Shown here piece after piece: positions 10,182-20,102 of a stretch of DNA of 64,000 nt; position 1 is the stretch's first letter; each line of letters starts with the position of its first letter. The stretch covers positions 4,032,001 through 4,096,000 of the forward strand of contig OZ243938.1 of assembly GCA_965214095.1 (NCBI GenBank). Reading direction: 5' to 3'. The notes under the pieces were generated by a model. The model had not been told where the DNA came from. It saw only the letters and a list, made by a program, of their open reading frames with translations, and searched no databases. The DNA comes from Candidatus Poribacteria bacterium (GTDB lineage: Bacteria > Poribacteria > WGA-4E > WGA-3G). The position numbers and the translations under genes were made by a program.

Positions 10182-11135
10182 TCATGGCGAGATTAATTCC
10201 AATCCCGCTCTTTCCCGAAACTTATTATATGTTTTCAATATCCCTTCTTCCATCGTATATGCAGGCGTAAATCCCATCTCATCAGCAATAGCAGATGCGT
10301 CATAGTCCCACGAAATACCGAATACACCCGGTTCCAATGTAATCTGAGCATCAGGCACCAAAGATTCCAAATATGCAACCCCCTCTTTGACAGGTCGGAT
10401 GCCCCCTTTAATATTGAAAACACGCGTCTTCGTCGTCGGGCATGTGCATGCCATGACAATTGAACTTGAAACATCCTCAACATATTGCCAATCCACAGAG
10501 TCGTCTCCAAATGGACATACGTGGGGTTTACCCATCGCAACGTCTTCAATCATCTTTGTCGTGAATGAACTCATACCCCGAGTCCTACCTACACCATAAA
10601 CAGCAGTAAACCGTAGTCCGATTGAATCAACACCGTAAGCATCAAAATAATGCATCGCATATCTCTCATTGAGAGACTTGCATGCACCATAGATAAACTT
10701 TGGGTAGTGCGGTGCATCGTTGAGTATCTGTTGGTGGTTGTAATCTTCAGGAGAACCGAACACCGCGACACTACTTGCCCACACAACACGTTTTATATCA
10801 AAAACACGTGCAGCTTCTAATATATTAATTGTGCCTTCGCAAACTATTTTCAATGCTTGGGGAGGATTCGCATTGCAAGCTGGCACTTGCCACGATGCGA
10901 GGTGAATTATACGATCAATCTCGTGTTCCTGCACTGTACGTAAGACATGTGGAAGGTCAGTTATGTCTCCTTGAACAAAAGTTAGACCTTCAATTTGCGC
11001 ATCTGTGAGTACCATTTTTGGAATGGTTAGGTCATAAGCAAAATCGTAAACGACCACTTTTTCACCAGCGGTTAAAAGATCCCGAATTACATAACTACCG
11101 ATGCAGCCCATACCACCGGTGAGTAGATATGCCAT
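10182..11135 (-). CDS. NAD-dependent epimerase/dehydratase (extended SDR)
   Basis: TGGMGCIG, ASSVAVFG, YGACK, LRFTAVYG. Confidence 0.92.
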   Translation of the reverse strand: MAYLLTGGMGCIGSYVIRDLLTAGEKVVVYDFAYDLTIPKMVLTDAQIEGLTFVQGDITDLPHVLRTVQEHEIDRIIHLASWQVPACNANPPQALKIVCEGTINILEAARVFDIKRVVWASSVAVFGSPEDYNHQQILNDAPHYPKFIYGACKSLNERYAMHYFDAYGVDSIGLRFTAVYGVGRTRGMSSFTTKMIEDVAMGKPHVCPFGDDSVDWQYVEDVSSSIVMACTCPTTKTRVFNIKGGIRPVKEGVAYLESLVPDAQITLEPGVFGISWDYDASAIADEMGFTPAYTMEEGILKTYNKFRERAGLELISP

Positions 11136-11188
11136 ATAAAATACTCCATAATAATGTTGTGATATTGTTATCTATCTGAAATCATTTT

Positions 11189-11524
11189 TCACTCAGGTTT
11201 GTCCATATTCATCGGTTCATCCACATTCACGAGGATATCATCACCCTCAATTTTCACAGGATAGATGGGTAGTTTCTCCTCACCTGGCCAAACACATTCA
11301 CCTGTCTTAACATCAAACTCCCACATGTGCATCGGGCAGGTGACACAGTTCTTGTCAATGAAACCGTAAGTCAATATCCCGCCAAGATGTGGACAAATAT
11401 TGTTCATGGCGAAAAATTCACCTTCAACATTATAAATACCGACTAAAACACCTTCAACTTTGACACCGATACATCTACCGGGTTGTATCTGTTCAGTTGT
11501 CGCAGCTTTTACAAATTGTGACAT
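11189..11524 (-). CDS. Rieske [2Fe-2S] ferredoxin
   Basis: CPHLG...CPMH ligands. Confidence 0.92.
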   Translation of the reverse strand: MSQFVKAATTEQIQPGRCIGVKVEGVLVGIYNVEGEFFAMNNICPHLGGILTYGFIDKNCVTCPMHMWEFDVKTGECVWPGEEKLPIYPVKIEGDDILVNVDEPMNMDKPE

Positions 11525-11549
11525 ATCTGTTCATACTCCAATCGTTGTA

Positions 11550-11664
11550 ATACCAATTCTAATAATAAATTTCCTTTTTGAATTAGAATGTCCGAGGCGC
11601 AATGAATTGCGCGACTACGAACCATCTATATTTTGAAGGGTATGTTATTTTTTAGAAATGGTAT
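11550..11664. mobile_element. MITE-like cassette with TIRs enclosing one GTAG-REP
   Basis: Left ATACCAATTCTAATAATAA vs reverse-complemented right ATACCATTTCTAAAAAATAA; internal GTAGTCGCGCAATTCATTGCGC (minus strand, 11597-11618). Confidence 0.65.
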
Positions 11665-11722
11665 AATATATGAATCGAGATAAACGATTCTTTCCATCCT
11701 ATATTTTCAACACAGATAGACA

Positions 11723-13324
11723 TTATCGTGATATGACTTTACCCTCTCCGCGTGGATCAGTACCACCATCTTGACATATTCCTCCATCCCACAGACGAAT
11801 TGCATGACCTGGTCCACCAATACCACCGCTTGCTGAAATATCATGCCCAAGTTTTCTCAATCCTTCAAGCGTTTCTTCACCAGCACGAGATTCCACCTGA
11901 ATTGGTTCAGCACCATCACAGTGAAAACGCGGAGCATCTAACGCAGCTTGCGCGCTGACTTGCATGTCAATTAGACTAACGCTGATATTAAGTTGATTGT
12001 TCTGGATCGTACGACCGCCAGGTATACCATAAGTTGCAAAAGGCATTCCGTCCAATGTTGCAAGGCAAGGACCCATATTGTGGAGTGGACGTTTTCCAGG
12101 TCCAATAGAGTTTGCCAAACCGGGTCTCGGATCAAAACGACCCACACCGTGTCCAAATAGCAGACCAGTTCCAGGTACAGTTACCATTGAACCGAATCCA
12201 CCACCGTGTGTCTGCGTCAACGATACCATATTCCCTTCCGCATCAGCAGTAGAGATATGACTTGTGCAACTCATCGGCTCATAGTAGACTACTTCACCGG
12301 GTTGAGGTGTTTCAAGTCCTGACTTCAATTGTTTACTGAGTTTCGCTGTGAAACTATCAGACAACTCTTCATCTATATCAATATCAACGAAAGCAGGATC
12401 CCCAAAACGACGAAGCCTTTCAACCCAACATATTTTCATTGCTTCGGCAAAGAGGTGAAACCTTTCTGTGAGAGTCATTCCAGCAACGTCATATCCTTCC
12501 ACCAAACGAAGCATCTGCAAAGTGGTTAGTCCTCCTGCACCGAGTGGCGAGGTATAGACAGAATACTCACGGTACTGGATTTTGTAAGGATCTGTAATAA
12601 AGGGACGGTAATTCTTCAGGTCATGATATGTCAAACACCCACCTAATTCCTGAATATGGTTTGCGATTGTTTCTGCGATATGTCCTTCGTAAAATGCTTT
12701 GTGTCCACCTTCAGCAACTGCTTCCAAGGTCCTTGCAAGGTCAGGATTAGTGAGAACTTCACCTCTTTTAGGCGGGGTGCCATTTTTAAGGAACACACGT
12801 GCTGTTTCAGGAAACTCTCTCTTCCAACGTTCAGCATTTCCTGCAATCCCACCACGATTAGCACCATTGGGTGCGTATCCGTAACGAGCAGAATTGATAG
12901 CAGGACGTAACACATCAGAAAGTGGAAGACTGCCATACTCATTTGATGCTAAACAGAGACCTGCGACAACGCCTGGCACTCCAATAGATAGCGGTCCGTG
13001 AACATTTACACGTCCCGGAACACGGTATCCAGCAACTGCATCGGGGGCATCCTCAATTGTGAACATATCTTCGGAAGCGGAGGCAGGTGCAGCACTGTTG
13101 TAATCAATCGCTACAACATCTTGCGTTTTCTTACGATAGATAAGCATACAGCCGCCATAACCAGCAATACCGTTATGCGAAGGTTCAACAACTCCTTCAG
13201 CAAACGCAGCCGCCACAGCAGCATCAACTGCATTACCACCTGCAACCAGCATGTCAAATCCTGCTTTTGCAGTGCGAGGATGGGGACCGACGACAGTCCC
13301 ATATTTCCTTTTGTTTGAATTCAC
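11723..13324 (-). CDS. ggt: Gamma-glutamyltransferase family protein
   Basis: GGNAVDAAVAAA, GVPGVVAG, nucleophile-region CTSHISTAD, PGKRPLHNM, DPRGEG; start uncertain (GTG 13324 vs TTG 13354). Confidence 0.9.
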   Translation of the reverse strand: MNSNKRKYGTVVGPHPRTAKAGFDMLVAGGNAVDAAVAAAFAEGVVEPSHNGIAGYGGCMLIYRKKTQDVVAIDYNSAAPASASEDMFTIEDAPDAVAGYRVPGRVNVHGPLSIGVPGVVAGLCLASNEYGSLPLSDVLRPAINSARYGYAPNGANRGGIAGNAERWKREFPETARVFLKNGTPPKRGEVLTNPDLARTLEAVAEGGHKAFYEGHIAETIANHIQELGGCLTYHDLKNYRPFITDPYKIQYREYSVYTSPLGAGGLTTLQMLRLVEGYDVAGMTLTERFHLFAEAMKICWVERLRRFGDPAFVDIDIDEELSDSFTAKLSKQLKSGLETPQPGEVVYYEPMSCTSHISTADAEGNMVSLTQTHGGGFGSMVTVPGTGLLFGHGVGRFDPRPGLANSIGPGKRPLHNMGPCLATLDGMPFATYGIPGGRTIQNNQLNISVSLIDMQVSAQAALDAPRFHCDGAEPIQVESRAGEETLEGLRKLGHDISASGGIGGPGHAIRLWDGGICQDGGTDPRGEGKVISR

Positions 13325-13418
13325 GCTGTATTCCTTTGTAAATGGATAATGCAAGGTATTTTAAGGTGTTTTCATTGAATTGTCAAGTTTTTCTGGTATG
13401 GATAGTATAGGAATAGTG

Positions 13419-13447
13419 TTGACACATCAAGCATGCTCTTATAAAAT
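13419..13447 (+). promoter_or_regulatory. Sigma70-type promoter
   Basis: TTGACA-N17-TAAAAT upstream of ORF 13572. Confidence 0.5.
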
Positions 13448-13571
13448 TGAATGCGTATAAACCTTTGATTATAGTCCTTATTCACAAAATAATTCTACTG
13501 ATATTTAATCAGATATCGGGTGTCAGCAAACTAACTTATACCATCAGAAACAATAAACTGAGAGGAAAATA

Positions 13572-14822
13572 ATGGATTCAAATACACAACAGAATGAAGC
13601 TCAGAATGTTGAACAGGAAAAGAGAATCATCAACTTATGTACTCAAAACTTGAATACTATCGGAAAAGCGGTTCAGTTATATCTCAACGACAACGATGAT
13701 TACCCTGAGTGGTTATCCGATCTCCACCCCAATTATCTACAAGATGCAAGCAACCTGATCTGTCCTGCTGATAAAGAGAATGGACAGGTATTTCATTCAT
13801 TCAATGAAGATAAAAATAGATCTATCAGTTATGATTACCAGTTTCACCCAGAGTACCGAGAGGAAAAGTCTGAACAACGTTTGATTTACGGAGATGCTAT
13901 GCCACTGGTGCGTTGCAGACACCATAAAAATCAAGAGTTTACATGTCTTAACTTGAGTTTTGCTTTTGAAGTATTTACTTCATCTGGAAATTGGGAATAT
14001 ACGCCAGAGGACATGTATGGAAGTCCAGAAAAATCCATAGAAGCCTTGGAAGCAGGACTAAAGCACCAACCAAAAAACCATCTTGTCGCCGAGTTTGCAT
14101 ATACAACATTAGTCCATCTCTATATTGATGCTGGACGTATGGAGGATGCCAAGAAGTTTGTTAACCGCCTTAAAATGACAATGAATCAGGACAATCTAAA
14201 GACATGGTTTCTCCTTGGTGAATTACTTGAGATGACGAATCAACGTGAAGAGTGTCTGACTATTTTTGAACAACTTGAAGAACAATATCCAGAGGACCGG
14301 GATTTACTCAACAAACTTGCATATATCAACGACAAACTTGGAAATTCTGAAGCCGCTGCAGCCTATGATCGGAAATCCGATCCGAAATATGAACTGTGGG
14401 GTAAAGTTGTATCAGATTTTTCTACAATTGACCTTGATGGGAAACCAATTTCACTCCAGCAATATCGTGGGAAGGTTGTATTACTTGATTTTTGGGGTAT
14501 ATGGTGTGGATTCTGCAGTCACGAAATGCCTAATCTCAAAAAGGTCTATGACACCTACAAGGATCAAGGATTTGACATCATCGGAGTCAGTCTTGATGAT
14601 GAAGAAGCAGTACTACGAGAATATATAAAAGAGAACGACATCCAGTGGCGACAAATTTCCAGTGGCAAAAGGTGGGAAGAGGATCCGCTTGCGAAGCAAT
14701 TTGATATTACCGGTATTCCAACACAGTGGCTTATTGACAAAGATGGCACATTAATCTCGCACAAAGCAAGAGGAGAGGAGTTAAGGAGTTTAGTTAGAGA
14801 CGCACTCAAGAATGATTCATAA
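13572..14822 (+). CDS. TlpA/redoxin-domain protein with TPR-like middle region
   Basis: GKVVLLDFWGIWCGFC, GIP..WLIDKDG; helical TPR-like repeats upstream. Confidence 0.85.
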   Translation: MDSNTQQNEAQNVEQEKRIINLCTQNLNTIGKAVQLYLNDNDDYPEWLSDLHPNYLQDASNLICPADKENGQVFHSFNEDKNRSISYDYQFHPEYREEKSEQRLIYGDAMPLVRCRHHKNQEFTCLNLSFAFEVFTSSGNWEYTPEDMYGSPEKSIEALEAGLKHQPKNHLVAEFAYTTLVHLYIDAGRMEDAKKFVNRLKMTMNQDNLKTWFLLGELLEMTNQREECLTIFEQLEEQYPEDRDLLNKLAYINDKLGNSEAAAAYDRKSDPKYELWGKVVSDFSTIDLDGKPISLQQYRGKVVLLDFWGIWCGFCSHEMPNLKKVYDTYKDQGFDIIGVSLDDEEAVLREYIKENDIQWRQISSGKRWEEDPLAKQFDITGIPTQWLIDKDGTLISHKARGEELRSLVRDALKNDS

Positions 14823-14951
14823 AATTGAATAATTCCATAGTCAGGTGCGGCTACAACCCTTCCACACTTCACACATCCGATTTTGTTTGACATACAAAAG
14901 ATGAACGGGTAAAATGATAATAAAACAGAATCATAACATAAGGAAAGGAAG

Positions 14952-15755
14952 ATGCAAAAATTAACATTTCTATCTGTCATTCTGTGTTTTCTCCTTGTTA
15001 CTTCAGTGAATAGTGAATTTCTACCAGAGGATAACAGTGCCGATTTTGGGCTGAAATATGGAGAATCAATCACAGGCATACCTCCCAGTAAACCCAAAAT
15101 AGATGGTAAACTTGATGACTGGAGATATGCTGTCTGGGTTGCCTTTGACTCTGAAAAAGAACTACACCGTGGTAAAGGTTCGTGGAAAGGCAAAGATGAC
15201 CTGACAATGACATGGTCAACGATGTATGATGAAAATAATTTCTATTTTGCTGCTGCAGTAATGGATGATATCTTTGCTCCAGCTGCAAATGCTGCTGAAC
15301 CCTGGGGCGGTGATTCAATATTTTTGTATGTGGACTGGGAAAAACTAGGTGTCGGTGTCCCGGTCTTTAAACCCAATTTTGCACGTATCAACAATAAAGC
15401 ACTTGTTACAGACTTCAGTGCAGTTAAAAATCAGAATGTACCTAACTCAGACATCGCTATTACACCTACTCCAGAATTGGGAGAAGGTGGAATGATTTAC
15501 GAAGTAGCTATGCCGTTTGATTGGATTACCAAGGAAAACATTGAAGACGGATCCGAAATCGGGTTTACTCCTGGATATGAAGAGGGGACAGATAACCCCG
15601 AAAAAAGAGCTGATTTAGTCTTTATGTGTTGGAACGGTTTGAATCCTGACGATTCCGCGAATCTTGGAACATTGAAGTTTAGTGGGCCACTCGCTGTCAG
15701 TTCAAAAGGAAAATTAGCGATCACTTGGGGATATTTGAAGAATTCTGATAGATAA
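14952..15755 (+). CDS. Secreted CBM9/DOMON-like sugar-binding protein with C-terminal GKLAITWGYLK tail
   Basis: Signal peptide, PKIDGKLDDW, YDENNFYFAAAVMDD, GDSI, YEVAMP motifs. Confidence 0.78.
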   Translation: MQKLTFLSVILCFLLVTSVNSEFLPEDNSADFGLKYGESITGIPPSKPKIDGKLDDWRYAVWVAFDSEKELHRGKGSWKGKDDLTMTWSTMYDENNFYFAAAVMDDIFAPAANAAEPWGGDSIFLYVDWEKLGVGVPVFKPNFARINNKALVTDFSAVKNQNVPNSDIAITPTPELGEGGMIYEVAMPFDWITKENIEDGSEIGFTPGYEEGTDNPEKRADLVFMCWNGLNPDDSANLGTLKFSGPLAVSSKGKLAITWGYLKNSDR

Positions 15756-15819
15756 TAATCTACATGCTAAAAGTGATTGACAATGTTCGGTCGGGAATAT
15801 TAGACTATTCATATACCTT

Positions 15820-16713
15820 ATGCCAGAAAAAACAAACAAGCAAGAAGAACTTTTTATACAACTGCTTGAAAAGATAGACATTTTACTAACTCGTTTGGAA
15901 GCAAACACAAAAGACGCATCAAACGACTGTCTTGACAACTATATCGCATTTAAATGGCAAACGCAAAACGGAAACGGACACCTTGTGCCTGTTAAACACC
16001 CGCATCTTGTTGATAGTGCCGATTTAATCGGTATAAATTCGCAATATACCGTCTTAGATCAAAACACACGACAGTTTCTTCATGGTGTCCCCGCAAATCA
16101 TGCACTATTGTGGGGAGACAGGGGAACGGGAAAGTCATCACTCGTCAAAGCCATGTTGAAACAATATTCGGCACAAAGACTTCGTTTAATCGCTGTCGGA
16201 AAAGATGGACTTGCTCATCTACAAGAAATCGCAGAGCTGCTGTGGGACAGACCAGAACGGTTCCTCCTCTTCTGTGATGACCTTGCTTTTAGCGATCACG
16301 AGCCGGAATATCGCGAACTGAAAGCGATTTTAGAAGGTGGTATTTCTGAATGTCCAGATAACATCCTCATATATGCAACATCCAATCGTCGACACTTGAT
16401 GCCACGACAAGTAGCAGAAAATCAGTATCCACAGAATGAGGAAGATGAACTTTATCCACGGGAGGCAACAGAAGAAAAAGTATCACTCAGTGACCGTTTT
16501 GGATTGCGTATCGCCTTTTACAGAATTTCTCAGAATACATACTTACAGATTGTGTCCCATTATGCACAAAAATTGGGAATTGAGATACAGACCGATGAAT
16601 TACATCGTGCAGCATTGGAATGGGAAGCATCATCCAGTGGACGTTCGGGACGTGTGGCATATCAGTTCATTACAAATCTCGTAGGACAATTAACACTTAC
16701 CGGCGACTATTAG
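15820..16713 (+). CDS. AAA+ ATPase, DUF815 family
   Basis: ANHALLWGDRGTGKSS, LFCDDL, YATSNRRHLMP, SLSDRFGL, RSGRVA. Confidence 0.92.
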   Translation: MPEKTNKQEELFIQLLEKIDILLTRLEANTKDASNDCLDNYIAFKWQTQNGNGHLVPVKHPHLVDSADLIGINSQYTVLDQNTRQFLHGVPANHALLWGDRGTGKSSLVKAMLKQYSAQRLRLIAVGKDGLAHLQEIAELLWDRPERFLLFCDDLAFSDHEPEYRELKAILEGGISECPDNILIYATSNRRHLMPRQVAENQYPQNEEDELYPREATEEKVSLSDRFGLRIAFYRISQNTYLQIVSHYAQKLGIEIQTDELHRAALEWEASSSGRSGRVAYQFITNLVGQLTLTGDY

Positions 16714-16763
16714 GTGAAAGACCACTTACAGTTTCAATTATTTGTATATAGGAAGTTAAATTC

Positions 16764-17540
16764 ATGAATGACACACTGACACAACAATACCTATTTGATG
16801 TACAAGGTTATTTAGTCATTGAGGATGTTTTGAATTCAGATGAGGTAGCTGAACTCAATCAACGCATTGACGAACAGGAATTGCCTCCACCGGGAAAAGC
16901 ACAAAGATTTGGCAGTGCACCAGACGGTTCCGGATTCTTACAGTGGGGTAAATCGTTCTGTAACCTACTTGATCAGCCAAAGATAATGGAAATACTCCGT
17001 TTTCGTTTGGGAGACTGCTTTCGTCTTGACCGTATCTACGGTATGTATATGAAAGACGGAATGTCAAGAGGTGGTTTGCACGCCGATTATGGGGCTTCAT
17101 CTCCTACCTCAAAGGCAAAACACGGAGAATATTTCCCATTTAGAGATAACGAGATACACAACGGTTTTGTCGTAGTAACATGGAATTTAGCCGACACAGG
17201 ACCTGACTATGGTGGATTCTGCTGCATTCCGGGCAGCCACAAAAGCAACTATAGACTGCCACACGAAATAGCAGCTGCCCCTGAAAAAGCACCATGTGTA
17301 ATTATCCCAAACGCTCCTGCTGGATCTGCGATTATGTTTTCTGAAGCTCTAACACACGGAACAGCTGCATGGAACGGTAAACACCAGCGGCGTTCACTTT
17401 TATACAAATATTGTGTCTCGCACATGGCATGGACATCACGTCGTGTAGCACCACCGCAGGATATCGAATTAACTGAACGGCAAAAGATACTTTTTCGTGA
17501 ACCTGCTGACCCACATCGTCACTTTCCATCTCTCTTTTGA
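16764..17540 (+). CDS. Phytanoyl-CoA dioxygenase (PhyH) family Fe/2OG enzyme
   Basis: QGYLVIEDVL, HAD, IPGSHK, LTHG, RRS. Confidence 0.9.
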   Translation: MNDTLTQQYLFDVQGYLVIEDVLNSDEVAELNQRIDEQELPPPGKAQRFGSAPDGSGFLQWGKSFCNLLDQPKIMEILRFRLGDCFRLDRIYGMYMKDGMSRGGLHADYGASSPTSKAKHGEYFPFRDNEIHNGFVVVTWNLADTGPDYGGFCCIPGSHKSNYRLPHEIAAAPEKAPCVIIPNAPAGSAIMFSEALTHGTAAWNGKHQRRSLLYKYCVSHMAWTSRRVAPPQDIELTERQKILFREPADPHRHFPSLF

Positions 17541-17631
17541 TGTCTATCGTTAGGTTAGAAACCGCACTAAAGTATTGGAAACCACTACTACAATTGAGAA
17601 ACGTGAAAGTTGATTAGTGTTGGAGAAGTAT

Positions 17632-17661
17632 TTGACAGTCTTCATATTACTAAGGTATAAT
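17632..17661 (+). promoter_or_regulatory. Consensus sigma70 promoter directly before the mini-Rpn start (likely leaderless)
   Basis: TTGACA-N18-TATAAT, with ATG 7 nt downstream. Confidence 0.65.
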
Positions 17662-17668
17662 ACGGTGT

Positions 17669-17875
17669 ATGGCACAATATGATGAAATTGTGAAGCATTT
17701 GATGGATAGATTCGCAAATAAATTCGCTGTACTTGCCTTTGATACACCACTTGATCATTTGACAGAGTTACATCTCACTGCGATTGATACACCCAGTGTT
17801 GAAACATTCACACAAACATTGAATGGATCAGAAGGGCAAACCAATAGTCTCACGCTATGTTCTAATCGTGTATGA
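17669..17875 (+). pseudogene. Internally deleted Rpn-family mini gene (N-terminal about 27 aa fused to the C-terminal helix)
   Basis: MAQYDEIVKHLMDRFANKFAVLAF resembles Rpn N-termini; LDHLTELHLTAIDTPSVETFTQTL resembles the Rpn C-terminus at 40..130 (LQQVKQLFQEAIQAEHLEDFIRTI). Confidence 0.6.
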
Positions 17876-17942
17876 AACATAAAATAAACAAGACTGTAAT
17901 TATAGTGAATTCATATTCAATTATGTTCAACTATTACACAAT

Positions 17943-18587
17943 ATGGAGGAAAATATGAAGAATGGGAGTATGTTCTGCCTAATATTAATTCTATTATTAG
18001 CAGGTATAATTCTAATACGAACTACTAACGCAGTTCCCAAAAAAGGAACCTTACGGGTCAGTGGTGATAACACTTGGATTGCCTATGTAAACGGAGAGAA
18101 GGTTGCAGAACACGTTAACTGGGATCAACCGACTGTATCAGATTTTGAATTGGATAACGGCTTTGCTGTAATCGCAGTATATGTGCACGATGCCGAACCG
18201 GGTGCTCAAGGAAGAGGAGGATTCCTCGCGGATATTGTACTAGACGACAAACCTGACTACATCGGTACTGGTGAAGATGGATGGAGATGTCAAGCAGGAA
18301 AACCTATCGCAGATCGAAATGATGGTTGGGAAGAAGTGGGTTTTGATGACAGCGATTGGGAAACAGAACTTCAGATTTATGACAAATTTGGTGCCGGAAT
18401 CTGGGGTGGAGGCGCAGCAGCAATGCGCGATATCTTTGGTGATCCAGAATGTACCGCAAATTGGGTATGGTGTGGACCAAACGATGTTGAAGACGACATA
18501 TATTTCCGCTATACAATCGGTCAACTCCCCGTTGAACCAAGTGGTAAAATCACCTCGACTTGGGGCGCATTGAAGAGCGAACGGTAA
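17943..18587 (+). CDS. Secreted lectin/galactose-binding-like protein with C-terminal GKITSTWGALK tail
   Basis: Signal peptide, GDN...YVNG, GGFLADI, WEEVGFDDSDW, ANWVW motifs; start may be ATG 17955 after GGAGG. Confidence 0.75.
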   Translation: MEENMKNGSMFCLILILLLAGIILIRTTNAVPKKGTLRVSGDNTWIAYVNGEKVAEHVNWDQPTVSDFELDNGFAVIAVYVHDAEPGAQGRGGFLADIVLDDKPDYIGTGEDGWRCQAGKPIADRNDGWEEVGFDDSDWETELQIYDKFGAGIWGGGAAAMRDIFGDPECTANWVWCGPNDVEDDIYFRYTIGQLPVEPSGKITSTWGALKSER

Positions 18588-18595
18588 ACTTATTA

Positions 18596-18629
18596 TCTTA
18601 TGGAACGGTTCTTATACAGTTCCATAAGA
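18596..18629. terminator. Hairpin between convergent genes
   Basis: TCTTATGGAAC...GTTCCATAAGA inverted repeat. Confidence 0.6.
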
Positions 18630-18659
18630 TGCATATATAGAAAGTAAAATCAATCCATA

Positions 18660-19955
18660 CTATTTTTGCGACTGAACTACTTGTGCAATTTTCGTGAAGA
18701 CATCTTCAATATCGGTTAAATCAATACATGAATACGCCACCCGTAACTCAGTTTCGCTCAGTGCGATTATGCCGATTCCGTGTTCATTGAGCAGGATTTG
18801 ACGAACAGTCTCTGCATTCCCAGCTTTTAAAGACAGACAGATGAAATAACCAGCGTGGTTAGGATAGACATCCCAAAGTTCAGTATAACGTGTATCATTT
18901 GCTATCTGTTGTGCCTTCAAGGCTCGATCTTTTAGTATTTCAAAGTGCCGTTGTTTCTGTTCACCATAACCAACTGATTTCATTGCTTCAAGGATAAGTG
19001 TTTGCGATATTTGTGCTGCACCTGATGTGCTTATCCGGATTAACCCACTGAGTTTTTCCTCAATCGGTTGCATTGCACTTTCCGGTAAACCGAATGTCAA
19101 AAACCCGACACGTAAACCCCAAGCGTATTCCTCTTTGGTAGCACCATCAATCTTTACGGACACAACGTTGGAATGACATCCGACTAATACACCGAAAAGG
19201 GATTCATGCATGACATCAGAATCATACCAAAAACCGGAATAAGCATCATCAACTATGACAAGGAGATTGCTCCCATTCTCTGCACACGACACAATTGTAT
19301 CTCTAATCTGATGTGCTTCATTGCGCGTAATTGCATATCCGGTCGGATTGTGTGGAAAATTCAGCAGAATTTGCACCTTGTCAGTAGCAGTCTCATATAG
19401 TGTCCGCCTGAATTCATTGATGTTAAAACACATGTCTGTATTGAAGAATGGGTAGGTTTGGATTACTGCACCTGCTTTTGTCTCAAATATCAGTCTATAA
19501 TTACCCCAATTTTTTTCTGGAAGTATGAGTGTATCACCGGTATTCACAAACAGATCCGAGAGTAGATTGAAACAGTGTGTCATTCCACTCGCCACAATCG
19601 GAAGGCTGATATGTGTTTTTTCAAGTAAGGGGTTTTTTGAACGAATATGAGTCTGCCAGCACCTACGTAATTCTATATTACCGAGAATTGGTGGGTACCC
19701 GTAAACACTCTCTGGAGAAAGTGTTTGCACACTATGATGTGAAACATTCAAATGCATCAGTTGACTATCTGCCGTTGCGACTGCACGGGTTGCATTCATA
19801 CGGTGTGCTTTTACAGATGCTTCCGCACTCTGGCTTAAGATGCCTTTTGGCAAGTAGATACGTTTGCCTAAATCTGAAAGTAATGAGTAAACCGTGGGGG
19901 CTGTCGTGCGGATATGACTATTCAATTCAGCAGCTAAAGGATTAATGTCTTGCAT
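18660..19955 (-). CDS. PLP-dependent aminotransferase class I/II
   Basis: NFPHNPTG, DDAY, KIDGATKEEYAWGLRVG. Confidence 0.92.
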   Translation of the reverse strand: MQDINPLAAELNSHIRTTAPTVYSLLSDLGKRIYLPKGILSQSAEASVKAHRMNATRAVATADSQLMHLNVSHHSVQTLSPESVYGYPPILGNIELRRCWQTHIRSKNPLLEKTHISLPIVASGMTHCFNLLSDLFVNTGDTLILPEKNWGNYRLIFETKAGAVIQTYPFFNTDMCFNINEFRRTLYETATDKVQILLNFPHNPTGYAITRNEAHQIRDTIVSCAENGSNLLVIVDDAYSGFWYDSDVMHESLFGVLVGCHSNVVSVKIDGATKEEYAWGLRVGFLTFGLPESAMQPIEEKLSGLIRISTSGAAQISQTLILEAMKSVGYGEQKQRHFEILKDRALKAQQIANDTRYTELWDVYPNHAGYFICLSLKAGNAETVRQILLNEHGIGIIALSETELRVAYSCIDLTDIEDVFTKIAQVVQSQK

Positions 19956-20102
19956 TTGATGTTGTTTTTCAATTGAATGTAATGTTATAATAGAAGTATG
20001 TATAGATTGTATACAATTGTGAATTGAGTCAGGTTAAATGTCAACCCAATTTTACAAGGTTTATCCCAAATCTACTAAATTATTGTGAATGATGTGTGAA
20101 TC

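Noticed and set aside
14564-15193. 209-aa minus-strand ORF
   Set aside because: It is antisense to two well-supported plus-strand genes and has no recognisable motifs (shadow ORF). The same applies to most short alternative ORFs in the track.
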